A stretch of 64,000 nt of DNA from positions 30,690,001 through 30,754,000 of the forward strand of contig OZ249438.1 in the NCBI GenBank assembly GCA_965235115.1, written 5' to 3'. The notes under the pieces were generated by a model that saw nothing but the letters and a program-made list of their open reading frames with translations, did no database searches and had not been told where the DNA came from. The stretch comes from Laetmonice hystrix (lineage: Eukaryota). The translations under genes were made by a program, and so were the position numbers. Positions 14,430 through 27,602 of the stretch are shown one piece after another; position 1 is the first letter of the stretch; each line of letters starts with the position of its first letter.

Positions 14430-17400
14430 CCTGCATTTGATTTTCGGGTATTTATCATCACCACATTACACTCGGCTCTGACATCATTTTTCTACGTTCA
14501 GCAGTAGACTCAGAAAGTGTCACCAACCTATGACAGAGTCCCTGCACTTGGATCAACAAAAGTGGGCAGTAACAGACACGGAGGGGGTCACCGGAGGACC
14601 TAACTGTTACAGATTGCTGCCAACATGTCACCATGATATAAAACTGCCCGACCGGTCGGTAGTAGTTTCACATTTTTACCTGAAGGTGACGGGCGGGCGG
14701 CGAAGGGGGCGGTGTTAAAGGATGGCGCTCACGTTGGCGTCATACTGACGGCACACACCAATACTGACCCCTGCGGCCTCGGTCAAACAACCCTCGACCC
14801 CGCGCCTCACCTCAGCTGGCTCCGTGTGTATCTCGATCACAAAGCCTGCTCATGGGCCCGTCAGTCCGGGAGCAGCTCAGCCCTCGCCTCTCGCCCAGAT
14901 TAGGGTATCATGGGCTTGTATGCTCATCGTCATTCATGATCCAACACCGCGGCTCATGTTGCCGTCCCCATGTTAACTTTCCCACAGTCTCCATGGCTCG
15001 GAGGGTGGGCTTGGACAACAAACGATGAACCCAAGAACCTAAAAGGACCCGAAATAGTTCTTGTTTTGGGTTGGCAAGCCTGGTTCAGGGTTCAACAGGT
15101 GAACCATGCGGCCTGTTTTATTTCTAAATTTTGAAACCATGCAAGTTCACATGAAACAGCTGCTGTTGTATATACAAACATAGCAATACGCATAATATTT
15201 GTGTGCGTATATGGTGGATACAAGTAGTGTGCGTGTAGGTCTGATGACGAAGCTACCTCTGTTGTTTGCTGGATAGCACCTGTTTGGATTTTCCCACTGT
15301 CCAAAATACGGTGCCCGGAATCCTGAGAAAAATGTCCAGGTGTACATCTGTATATGGAGGTTTGTAACCAGATCATGTATTGGGGTCATTGACATATGTC
15401 ACATTTTGTCAACTTTATTGTGTGTCATGTGTGGCAAACACGAGTGCAGAAAGTCTAGTACTTCACGCTATATGCGGTCAAAGGCTAACGCAGAAATATT
15501 TCCTCACAGACATCCGGTGAAAGCTCATTTGTACAAAGTCTTACCTCTTCCTATAGCAGATAATTAGTTGTGAATATGACTAGAGGACGGTAACGACATT
15601 GTTCCCAATTATGCTTTGATATTGGTCAGCCTGGTGCAAACGCCGTATAGTGTCAAACAGCCTACCCTGGAATATGTGAAGAAATCCTACCAAGGGAATG
15701 ACATTGATTAACGGATTAATGTATTAATTAACAAGCATCTGGTGCCATAGATCTACATGTATCTCAGCCGATAATTACATCTAATAGTATAAATATCAAG
15801 TATTCTTACAGTAAGGATGTTTGTTTGATTAGAAACACCAACTGCCCAGCACAAAGCCCAGTAGAAGATAGGCGGGTTGGAGAGCTGGTTAATGTTTGTT
15901 TGTGAAGGTGGAGAAACGTTGGCTGATGAACCGGAGCAGACTGGTGGATTAACTTGTATTGAACACCAGTGGGGGCCGACTGGGGTCAGGTAGATGTCAG
16001 GTACTGAGCGTGGCCTTGACATGGAGTATTATGATAATGAAGCTCATTCACACCCAATACTAGATCACCAAGCCAGGGACCGGCTCCTCGCCCACACCCC
16101 TATAGTTGATTGGTGCCCCTGGTCATTGAGGGCAATTGTAATTACCTCGGGGATAATTGCGGTACGACTGGTATAGAAAGTGAAGGGTGTTCCCAGGTTA
16201 GTTGCCATGTTAGTTGTAGAGATTATTCACAACCGTGCTTGTTGTGTCTTCTCTACTGAATACGTGCCCCATCGTGATTACCACGACAGAGATAGTTGGG
16301 ATATTGTGTACTATCATATTTATTGTGTACTACCGTATTTCAGATCTGAATACAAGTACTACTTTTTCAAGAGGGTTCTCGGTGTTGCCCTCCTTACCTG
16401 CCCCATCTCCCGTTCTGATTTCCGTGTATTGTTTGCTATAAACTACAGCCGTATGTACCGAACCCGTCCACCTTGTGCACCAAGTTCAGAGGACGCTGAG
16501 ATGTTTGTTTTTGGCTTGGTTTGACCCAGAAGGAGTCAGTAATCATGTGTACGTGCGTCGGTGTATCTAACATGATAATTCAACATGGACGTGCGTGCAC
16601 GACGGGTCATTGTGTGAGTGTGTGCACGACAAGGGGAGCATGGGGCCCATAGACCATGTCATCCGGGTACAGGACGTGTCAAACGGAACAAAAGTTGTAA
16701 AACAGGAGGGATAGCATCGATATTAGGTTGTCTGATGAATAAACAGTAGCTTTGAAGACTTTTAACTTTGATCTTAAACAGAATTCCAAAATCTGAGGAT
16801 TTATAATATATACCCATGAAGTTAATTTTTGGCAAATCTATCCTACAGATGACGAGATGATGACCTTTTTTGTGTTGTAAAATTACATCTCACAACTTAA
16901 AATCAATTCTTCGGAGAATAACGCATGAGTTTTGATTTCTATAACGCCGTTAGCCTTTTTCTTTAGCCAAGTAATGATTTCGACACATAGGATACATGTA
17001 CATGTATTTTCGCTGGTTGGCGAGTGAGCACTTAATTTCTTATTTATGTGCTGGCTCAACCTAGGACGAAACGTCATGATTCCACTAATAGAGTGATATA
17101 TGAGTTAATATTTCTAACACAGAATAATAATGTTGGCTCTACTAGTCCATCCGTGGCAATCTGGATTCGCTGTTTTGTCGACGCAAAGACCAACTCAAAG
17201 GTTAGTCAGTATTTTTTTATCGGATAGTTTTTTATCTTGAGAAAAATATAGTCCATTCACGTTCAAAGAAATAAAACCTTCCAGGGTGACATAGGTTAAT
17301 TTCATAATGCTACGGAATTTATTACATAAACCTTTTGACATAAATGCATACCAGTAATACAGACATATTGGACATGAAAATGCTTGTGGTAAGGTAATAC

Positions 17401-18032
17401 CATATATGAAATTCCTAAAAGGACAGACTGATTTAAAAAATATGGGGCAGTAATTCAGATAGAATGTTAATCTTGTAAACCCCGACAGGAACGGTCGCTG
17501 CAAGGAGCACTATTTATTTCCATGATTATCCTGTACATAAATGGTCATAATGTAGTGTTTCTTGCCAAAGAATTACTGCAAGCAGATAGGCCTAGTTCTA
17601 AGTTTTAGAATCTGAAAAAAAAATCTAATCCTGTCTACGAGAATGACTGACTCAAATACTCCTAGAACGTGAGGAATGTTGATGAATTATATCGTCATAA
17701 TTAGACCCGTCTGCTTCTTGCACACTGCTGTATGGGATACCAAGACTGCACAATGGAGATTTATAAAAACTCTGTTTCCTAGAATTCCACTTGGACGTTA
17801 CGGAAAAGTCAGACGTATTGTTGGTAGATGGGTATCAATGTTGTATGAATAATAGTCCATATACACGGACAATGAATATTAAATTCTGACTATTTGATGA
17901 ATGGGTAGAAAAAGTTGCTTGGAAAGTTATCAGAGTGAGATAACAATCCAATGATAGCACATTAACACTCTGGGGACGTCATTGGACATGCACACATAAA
18001 AACGGCGGCTGGCTACCAGGAGTCGTCCTTAC

Positions 18033-18088
18033 CTGTACTGTGGTAAAGCAGCCCAGCAACTGTTGCTGTGTTTCTAGTCTCATCAGGC
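18033..18088 (-). other. Candidate internal exon (56 nt)
   Basis: Very strong sites tattttttcccag|GCC...TACAG|gtaagg, with two frames open. Confidence 0.2.
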
Positions 18089-19023
18089 CTGGGAAAAAAT
18101 ACCGACAACCTGCGGTACTACATTCTCAGATATCAGTCTCCATGGACACGTCTGGTGGAGCTTTCACTGTCTGGCTATCGCCCTGCTCGATTTAATAGAT
18201 TGCCAGGCTTCCCCCAAAATAGACGAATAAACGGAAGAGCAAGTCCGCACGGGCATTTCTAATGAATTACTGATTTATTGATTGGAAACTTTCGCGGAAA
18301 AGTAGTGAGTTAGACGGTAACTTTGGTCTATAGTTAGGTTGGAGTGATGGTGATAACATTTACACAGGGAGGCAGTGACAGGTATGATGGAGCACACAGG
18401 CAGCTTGAAAGCAGCCCTATTTACATCCAGACACTTTTTAGGATGTTTTAACGTCACCCAATATTTCTAGGAAGGCTTTTTAAATGAACCAAAATTTACT
18501 GAACGCATGCTTGCATGTTTCCTGGTAGCACAGTCTGTATTTGTATGTGTTCAAACTTTGCCGCGCAAACTAAAGTCCCTTACGGTATTCAGCGGTAAAA
18601 GATATTATTTGACATAAATGCCCTCTCTGAAATAATCTTCTGACTGTAAAAATATCAGATCAAAGACCTTACAAGAGGTCATATCAACCTGCTCTTTACA
18701 ATTTGTTGTTTGCTTGATTTGATTCTAAAATATGTACTTTGGAATTGGATGTCTTGTTTCTGTAGCAGAACCCGTGCCTTGTGCCCTTGCAACCTAAATA
18801 CAGCATCTTACAAAGTTTTCCAATAGTCATCTATCCAAAAGCAAAGGAAACGGTCTGAACAAAGTTGGTAGACCCATTCCAATTAATGATGAGTTCGAAT
18901 CTGTTTGCAATCTTGGTAAACATTGACCTTAGCACATGTACTGATCTAAAGTGATCTGCTGTGCCATGCATTAGTGTGAGTACATATTTAATGTCAACTC
19001 TGTTTCTGGCAGATATCTGTAGT

Positions 19024-19092
19024 CCCCGCCGTAGTCAGCTTCCGGTCATGTGACGCGGGCTATCATACCAAAATCCCCGCATTTCTATAAAA
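19024..19092 (+). promoter_or_regulatory. Promoter-like motif cluster (GC box, ETS core, E-box, TATA)
   Basis: ccccgcc at 19024, cttccgg at 19039, gtcatgtgac at 19045 and tataaaa at 19086, all within 70 bp. This is motif matching only and no downstream gene was identified. Confidence 0.25.
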
Positions 19093-20240
19093 GACTGCAA
19101 GACTTAAAGACTGTACGCCTAATGGCTTTTCTTTATGGTACATGTTAAGACTGACTGAAGGCTCAGTTGTATTTGTTTTTTAATTCAGCTGCCTGGCTGA
19201 TGGCTTTAAAACGCCTGTAGGGGAGACGCTAAATCACGAAAGTTAATTAGCCTCTTTCAGACAGTGTTTACACTTAGAAGCAGCTAATGCAGTACGTCAT
19301 CTTTTGAGCTTAGCCTTTGATTGTATGAAAATAAAGGAAAGGCTATAATTGGGATAATTTAAGTACTTGGTACTGATTACCCAGTTTGTCTACTCTCTGT
19401 TACAACCACTTTAATGCTGCTAGTATGGTACCCGTGTTTACGATTGGCATTTTCATGATGGCCAACATTATTGATAGAAAGTGTGTGGTTTTCTGAAATT
19501 GTGGTCCTAGGATTGATATTGAAAATAATTAGCAAGGATTAAACATGTATCGTAGTCCGTATTTCCTCGTGTCAGTCTATTGATTTCAACCTTCTAGACA
19601 TCAAGCATGTCAGACTCCTTATCCAGTTTTCTCTCACATTTCACCAATCTATTTCAAGCCGGACAAAAAGTAGGCACTGAAACCATTGTAAGTAGGAGGA
19701 AATACTTGACCTTGAAACGTTTGCGTTTATGAAAGGTCGTAAAGTCAGTGGAGATGGCAGGCCAAGAGGAGTATTGTGACAGGTATTGTTTGTCCAGGTG
19801 AGACAGACAGCGATTGTCTACCTATTCACCGTTCTTCAGGTGTGTATCAGGCGGCGTTTCTCCATGGAAACCTAGGAAAGGTGTCACAGACGGTTCTGGT
19901 GATGCTATCTTCCATTTCGTGGAGAGGGGAAGGCATGGGGTTCAGAGGCAGGTGATGACCAAACAGGCACAGCACGATTTAAAAGGCATTTGTGAACCTG
20001 GCCTGGCGCGTTAGTGAGGTCACGGCCTGGGTCGTAACCTTGGGTCACGGTGCCATCAAACTCGAGTGGTGTCGTCCCGTTACAGGGGGCCGGGACAGTA
20101 CAGGCAGGAGAATGGCGATTGTTGTACCTGTTGAGTCTGTCACTGTGGTGGGGTCCTTCACACGGCTGGGTGTGTGGGTGTCATCCGGTGTCGGTACGAG
20201 TGATATACGGCGGATGGCCGTCTCCCGGAACAGGAGGAAC

Positions 20241-22535
20241 TCGAGCTGCCGTGGATGGACAGGAGGAAGCAGACCTGCTTAATACGTGGACCCCCCTCTG
20301 GCCCGTCCTCGAGCTGCCGTGGATTGACAGGAGGAGGCAGACCTGCTCAATACGCGGACCCCCCTCTGGCTCTCTTGGAGCTGCCGTGGATGGACAGGAG
20401 GAGGCAGACCTGCTCAGTAGGTGGACCCTCCTCTGGCCCGTCCTCGAGCTGCCGTGGATGGATCAGGAGGAAGCAGACCTGCTCAATACGTGGACCCCCC
20501 TCTGGCCCGTCCTCGAGCTGCCGTGGATGGACAGGAGGAGGCAGACCTGCTCAGTAGGTGGACCCTCCTCTGGCCCGTCCTCGAGCTGCCATGGATGGAC
20601 AGGATGAGGCAGACCTGCTCAATACGTGGACCCCCCCTCTGGCTCTCTTGGAGCTGCCGTGGATGGATCAGAAGGAAGCAGACCTGCTCAATACGTGGAC
20701 CCTCCTCTGGCCCGTCCTCGAGCTGCCGTGGATGGACAGGAGGAAGCAGACCTGCTCAATACGTGGACCCCCCCCCCTCTGGCTCTCTTGGAGCTGCCGT
20801 GGATGGATCAGAAGGAAGCAGACCTGCTCAATACGTGGACCCTCCTCTGGCCCGTCCTCGAGCTGCCGTGGATGGACAGGATGAGGCAGACTTGCTCAAT
20901 ACGTGGACCCTCCTCTGGCTCTCTTGGAGCTGCCGTGGATGGACAGGATGAGGCAGACCTGCTCAATACGTGGACCCCCCTCTGGCTCTCTTGGAGCTGC
21001 CGTGGATGGACAGGAGGAGGCAGACCTGCTCAATACGTGGACCCTCCTCTGGCCCGTCCTCGAGTTGCCATGGATGGAACAGGAGGAAGCAGACCTGCTC
21101 AATACGTGGACCCTCCTCTAGCCCGTCCTCGAGCTGCCGTGGATGGACAGGATGAGGCAGACCTGCTCAATACGTGGACCCCCCTACGGCTCTCTTGAAA
21201 CTGCCGTGGATGGACAGGAGGAGGCAGACCTGCTCAATACGTGGACCCCCCTCTGGCTCTCTTGGAGCTGCCGTGGATGGACAGGAGGAGGCAGACCTGC
21301 TCAGTAGGTGGACCCTCCTCTGGCTCTCTTGGAGCTGCCGTGGATGGACAGGAGGAGGCAGACCTGCTCAGTAGGTGGACCCTCCTCTGGCCCGTCCTCG
21401 AGCTGCCGTGGATGGATCAGGAGGAAGCAGACCTGCTCAATACGTGGACCCCCCTCTGGCCCGTCCTCGAGCTGCCGTGGATGGACAGGAGGAGGCAGAC
21501 CTGCTCAATACGTGGACCCTCCTCTAGCCCGTCCTCGAGCTGCCATGGATGGACAGGAGGAGGCAGACCTGCTCAGTAGGTGGACCCTCCTCTGGCCCGT
21601 CCTCGAGCTGCCATGGATGGACAGGATGAGGCAGACCTGCTCAATACGTGGACCCCCCCCCCCCCCTCTGGCTCTCTTGGAGCTGCCGTGGATGGATCAG
21701 AAGGAAGCAGACCTGCTCAATACGTGGACCCTCCTCTGGCCCGTCCTCGAGCTGCCGTGGATGGATCAGAAGGAAGCAGACCTGCTCAATACGTGGACCC
21801 TCCTCTGGCCCGTCCTCGAGCTGCCGTGGATGGACAGGATGAGGCAGACCTGCTCAATACGTGGACCCCCCTCTGGCTCTCTTGGAGCTGCCGTGGATGG
21901 ACAGGATGAGGCAGACCTGCTCAATACGTGGACCCTCCTCTGGCTCTCTTGGAGCTGCCGTGGATGGACAGGATGAGGCAGACCTGCTCAATACGTGGAC
22001 CCCCCTCTGGCTCTCTTGGAGCTGCCGTGGATGGACAGGATGAGGCAGACCTGCTCAATACGTGGACCCCCCTCTGGCTCTCTTGGAGCTGCCGTGGATG
22101 GACAGGATGAGGCAGACCTGCTCAATACGTGGACCCCCCTCTGGCTCTCTTGGAGCTGCCGTGGATGGATCAGGAGGAGGCAGACCTGCTCAGTAGGTGG
22201 ACCCTCCTCTGGCCCGTCCTCGAGCTGCCGTGGATGGATCAGGAGGAGGCAGACCTGCTCAATACGTGGACACTCCTCTGGCCCGTCCTCGAGCTGCCGT
22301 GGATGGACAGGGGGAAGCAGACCTGCTCAATACGTGGACCCTCCTCTGGCCCGTCCTCGAGCTGCCATGGATGGAACAGGAGGAGGTAGACCTGCTCAAT
22401 ACGTGGACCCTCCTCTGGCCCGTCCTCGAGCTGCCGTGGATGGACAGGAGGGGGCAGACCTGCTCAATACGTGGACCCCCCTCTGGCCCGTCCTCGAGCT
22501 GCCGTGGATGGAACAGGAGGAGGCAGACCTGCTCA
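20241..22535. repeat. GC-rich minisatellite, 67-69 bp unit, ~34 copies
   Basis: Unit gagctgccgtggatggacaggaggaggcagacctgctcaatacgtggaccctcctctggcccgtcctc, with recurrent variants. Unit length is usually not a multiple of 3, so the overlapping ORFs here cycle through frames. Confidence 0.98.
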
Positions 22536-22537
22536 TT

Positions 22538-22819
22538 CTGGTGCCTGTACAATTTTAGATTACCCCCCATTGAAGTTACCCCACGGTAATCTGAAGCTAG
22601 CTTCAAATTACCCCCCTCCCCCAGTTTCAAGTTACAAAAAAAAACTTCGGATAAAAAATGTTTCGCGCGTTAATTCAAATAGACCTAACCCTAAACTTAC
22701 CTTAACCCTAACCGAAGGGCTTTTTGAAACCAACTTCAGATTACCGGGGGTAATTTGAAGCTAGCTTCAGGTTACCCCCTGGTAATCTGACAGGGGGTAA
22801 TTTGAAATTGGGACACCTG
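22538..22819. mobile_element. Palindrome-rich MITE with imperfect TIRs and internal telomere-like CCTAACC motifs
   Basis: Left end ctggtgcctgtacaattttagattacccc versus the reverse complement of the right end caggtgtcccaatttcaaattaccccc. Internal inverted pair ggtaatctgaagctagcttcaaattaccccc (22585) / gggggtaatttgaagctagcttcaggttacc (22746). TA follows the right end, possibly Tc1/mariner-like, but the left flank is TT. Confidence 0.7.
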
Positions 22820-25102
22820 TAATTGGCAGGTCGTTAGAACTCGGCTTATGGTGATGTGAGGAAGGTGCCATGATAAAACATTGATTTCCCAGGCTGGTTC
22901 CATTTATTGGTCTTATTCATTTCTGGGCCCTAATCTTACGTTGACTCTGTACATAACCGTATAGATTACCTTTAATATAAAACCGTTAAGTGTTGTTCCT
23001 AACCTCTCATTCTGCTCTATTTGTCCTTCTGTCCCAACATTCAAGTCTCTTTCTGCATTCGCCCTGTACCATTTCTTCCCACAGCCCTGCCCTGTCCTGA
23101 AACTAGACTGAAACCAACTGTGACAGTGCTCCTTTATGCCATAGCCCTACTGCCTACTCTCTCTCTCTCTCTCTGGCTGTTGTCCTGAAGCCCAGTTACT
23201 CAGGGGCCCAGACTTGCAACATATTGTCCCCTGACTACTTAAACTCTAACATAATGCTTTTCAGTTCCTAATACGAGCATCCAAACAACTGTTGCAGACA
23301 TTCATTGTTGTCCAATGTCAGGCTGTCACCAAAGAGCTTTACCAGCATTGTTAAAAGAAACAACTAACCTGGTAATTATTTCAGTTTGCAATTTTATATC
23401 GTTGAGGCCAGACAGACCTGTGCTGTAGATTTAATCAATAGCTCACTAATACCATGGCTCTAAAATTATTTTTGAATAACATTTTATCTCTGAAAAACAG
23501 GAAGATGCGATCTGCCATTAAAATCTTTTTCCTGACCACGCTTTCTTTCCTCTACACCTGTCGCAGGGTCAACCAGTACTACCTCACTGTCTTATTAATC
23601 GTATAAAGTGAACAGTACGAAAATATGTTTTCTATTAATACGTTGAAATAACAGAATGAAACTATGTGCATGCATGTAGCGTTCACCGATAGGCAATTTT
23701 CCAGTTTTAAGAGCCTGATAGTTGTTGAAGTTACAGTGTGACAGACATCGCGTGCCGAGTTATCAGATACCACTGTGAATATGATACTTCTTGAGTTTTT
23801 GGTCACCGTGGTGATATTAATTATAAATTATTGCCGCTTGAGTTAGATAAACTATGTGGCTGGTATATATGACAGGGCAGTCGGATCCTTTTACAACAGA
23901 AGCAGTATCGTAATCAGTGAATCAATAGTGTGGGTGGTGGGCTGTGACCTGCCAGTCAGGTTGTATAGACAGATAAAAACGAGGAAATATGACATCTTTT
24001 AGATATGTATTATTAATACCATGAAATGTATGATGTGGAAGCAAGGAGATGTTGCTCTGTCAACACTGACTAATGTGAATTAATAAGGAGAACTATGGAT
24101 AATTAATACACATCTAGATAAAAACCTATTCGATAGTCCCTGTCTGGGACTCCGTATAATTTACTATATTATGTTAGTCTAGATAATATGATTCCTAATT
24201 GCTGCAGTTAGCATTGAAGGAGTTTACCGTAAGCGTGACAAAAACATTGACGGGTCAGCGGTTACGTAGCGTTTTGTAAATTTCTCTCAAGTCTGACCAT
24301 GGAGCTGTGGCTACTGCCATGGCAGTTTACCAATGATGTCGTTTGTGGCAATTTGTGTTTTCCGCCAGGGACCGGATAGTGGCTGCGTATGTGTGTAGCT
24401 TTCCCAGGTTCCCTATATACTAAGGAGAGATGTCAATGTTTGTTGGTGGTGTTCCCAGGGTTTATGGTGGTAGACATATAGCGGTAAATGACCATGGCTG
24501 TCATGGGGACTGGTTAGTTGGTGTGAACGCGGATTGTTTACACGGTGAGAGTGGGAGCGGACTCGGGTGGCTCTGGGAGGGAGTGGACACGAGGTGGTGA
24601 TGGTCACTACAGGATCCTCGTATTGGGTGTGTGTGTGTGGGGGGGGGGGGGGGGGGGACTAGCTATGATTCTGACAGCGACTGGACAGTCAGGTAGGTTG
24701 GGATATACCTCCGACGATTATAACAGGACCGGACGGTATATGTTGGAGGCATTGAGGTTGAAGTGTACTGCTGCCGACACCGGTCACTTGAATAGATCAT
24801 GGACTGCCATACTTTACAGTTTTGTTAGCACGGATCCAAGGTGATCCGTGTATTTTGTAATAAGTTATAGCAATGCCATGCAAGTCAGTGTCGGGAAATT
24901 CCCGTCATCCGTACGTCCAAAGAGAAGGATCAATATTATGGGGTTGTTTACGAAGGGGGGTTTTCCCCGACCTGAGAGGTAGAGAACCCTGTCCACTTCT
25001 CTCCCATTCCCGATCTACTAACCATGAAAAACTGATTGACAACTAACATGCACATGCAGCAGGGCGCCGATTACCCCGCCAGTACCTCCCACGTACTCCC
25101 CA

Positions 25103-25103
25103 G

Positions 25104-25150
<47 letters not shown>

Positions 25151-25169
25151 ATTGTTATTGTTGTTGTTG
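25103..25169. repeat. (GTT)n microsatellite
   Basis: About 22 GTT units with two ATT interruptions. Confidence 0.98.
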
Positions 25170-27480
25170 AGGAGAACACGTAATCAGTCTGTTGTTTAGT
25201 TTCGGTCTCCAGGATACGGCTCATTCTGTGGGTGCGTGTGCTCTTGTCCTAGAACTCGGAAAGGTCAGTCGTCCGGAGCCATTTGTACGTATGTATTCAC
25301 GTGGCTGGACCAATTCTCCTCCATCCACCCACGCATGGATACCGTACGTGGTAGTAGAAACAAACGGGGGACTTTCCCGGCACAAGTTCCGGTCAGTGGT
25401 GCCAAGTCGAGACATCTTACAGTTATCTGACTCTCCTCACGTGACACAATGAATTCTAGAAACATTATGACCTTTAAGGATTCGACCAATTTTGCTGATG
25501 CCTTCTGGCCACAGAAACAGTATTTTTATGGCATATGGTTCATCCCTGTTTGATTTATACTGTAGTGCATGGGCGTTTTCAGTTTATTTACTGTTAATGG
25601 TACAAAATTGGGCTCTGACGTTTAAGTCCAACATTGATAACTCTGACCGTCCAATTTGCGTAGCTAAATCAGTAACAACCACTCAATGAGCTTGTCGGTT
25701 CCAAGGGAAAACCAATCAATATCATTACTGAGCTAACGTCAATTTCAGATCTGAGTTAGAAGGTGATCTGTGAGAAACATTTTAATTCAGACTGTAGAAT
25801 GCTATTTCCTTCAGTGGCTTCATTTCCTGGGGCTAAGAAACCATGGAGAATAATTCTGTGATTTTTCTGTCGTGTTTGAGATCATTCAATGTAGGTCGGT
25901 CCATTCGGCAGGTGCAGACGGCTCATACTAGACTCAATTCAGAGATTTCCTTAGAAACAAGACTTTTTCCTCATTCCTTCTTATGACTCTTACTGAAATA
26001 AATTGCGTGTCCAATGTAAGGAAATATGTGAATAGAACATGTTTTTAAAAGACTAGTTTTTGTACCCCTTCCCGCTTCTACAGTCTTGTTTCATATAACA
26101 TGTGAAGTATTAATTCAGATAGGTCCTCTGCAAGGTACATTTCACCGACATCAAAGGTTTGTCAGTTTATTCAACTGAATGTTCTACCAGCAGCCTGAGG
26201 TGCAATGATCCCTGAGGAATCTCTTTCTATAATAGGGCATAATGGAAAACACGACTGCTGACAATTGACAGATTGGTCCCATGTAAACGGTCGGCCAGCA
26301 GGGCTTGTCCGCCAGCTGTAGCCAAGTTGTAGCATTCAAACATGGCCCTAGGCACTAGAACAACTCTTTGACCTTGAACGACAGTTCCTGCAAAGCAAGT
26401 CTGCATTTCCAGACTCATAAACAGATGCCTGGCAATGTCTGATTTATGATCATAAGAGTATGACACTGAGCCTCGGATGTGTTGCGCAATACTGTACCAT
26501 TATCTCATAAGTCATTGTATGATGAGGTGGTCTTGAAGATATGGTGCTGACTTATGAGAAAGTATAAAAAGGGAATGAAAGAAAGAAGTAAGTAATGAAG
26601 ACTCCTGTACAGAACCTCCGGTGGTGCTACCTGGCCCCGGGAGACGGTACTTTCTTGCAATGGGTGTCCGCAGTTTCCGACTCTTTTTGGTGGCTACCTT
26701 GAGGACAATGACATGTTTGTGTTTTTGGCCCGGAGGTTGGTGGACGGAAGGTCTCGAGCTTACTCAGCATAGTTTTGTTATATTAGATTATGTCACCACT
26801 GGCGTTCGTTCACGCTAACTACAGAGACGTGGGAAGAAGCAGGTATTTACGTAGAACACTTAGTGTGTCGGATGCTTCATGATGTTCCCATGAAATGACA
26901 GGACTTAAGTGAGATATCATGCATTACTAAAACTTGTAGAAAACTGCAAATTGCTCGCCTTCCAATTAATCTTCAACATAATATTCATTTGAAGCTGCTC
27001 GGAACTTCTAGATTGTTATACCAAGAGGTGTGCAATTTTGGAGTTCAATTTCGTTGCCAGATATCGCCATGGTCAGAATGGCAAAACACCAGTATCCTTT
27101 TTGACTAGGTTTTCTGATTACCAGTCTCTGGTTGGTAGACGTGTAATCATAATTCTGTGGATATACACAACTTTTCCATGTCAGAGTTCCTAGAACAACT
27201 TACGAGTATGATACCTCCCCACCACTCAGCCATGTATCTCTATGTATCTGAGAGTGGATATTTATGCCGGGTAGACATTATCCGTCAAGTCCGGCTGCTT
27301 TATGCGACTGGATGTTTGCATCATTCTCAGTACCGTTATCGTTTTGTTTAGTATAAGGATCCCAATGTTCAACTAAAACAAGTCTGTGACAAATCTGAAA
27401 AAAAAACGCGCTTGGCAGATGCGAACTTCTCAGCTGGATCTTTTCAAAGACAATTTTAGTTACCTGAAGTGCTGACTTAC

Positions 27481-27602
27481 CTGCTAATTGAGCTTTGCTC
27501 CGGAGGTTATGATAGGACGCAGGGCGTGTAGGGTCAATCGGGTGGGTATAAAACCTTTGCACTGGTCCTCCACCCACAGTCAGTCCAATGGTAGAGTAAC
27601 GT
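27481..27602 (-). other. Candidate internal exon (122 nt)
   Basis: gcttcaacag|ACG...TAGCAG|gtaagt, with a single open frame RYSTIGLTVGGGPVQRFYTHPIDPTRPASYHNLRSKAQLA. Confidence 0.2.

Noticed and set aside
18240-18265. gcacgggcatttctaat resembling a Helitron 3' end
   Set aside because: The 5' arm of the hairpin is missing and the terminal CTAG is not intact.
19849-19960. Peptide VYQAAFLHGNL resembling the Copia RT motif (KTAFLHG)
   Set aside because: Flanking residues do not fit, and no other pol motifs or LTRs are nearby.
20241-22535. CRISPR-like appearance of this array, and of those at 37.9, 60.5 and 63 kb
   Set aside because: There are no unique spacers, the variable parts are a few recurring alleles, there are no cas genes, and the context is eukaryotic.
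22683-22713. Telomere-like CCTAACC/CCCTAA motifs (also at ~37815)
   Set aside because: There are only 2-3 degenerate units inside MITE-like sequence, not a telomeric tract.
20050-22758. Many ORFs of 60-222 aa
   Set aside because: They are products of a 67-69 bp unit cycling through frames.
27488-27570. FYTHPIDPTRPASY resembling the Maverick/Polinton integrase N-terminus (YYDP..PAS)
   Set aside because: The similarity is too short, with no DDE core or other Polinton genes.
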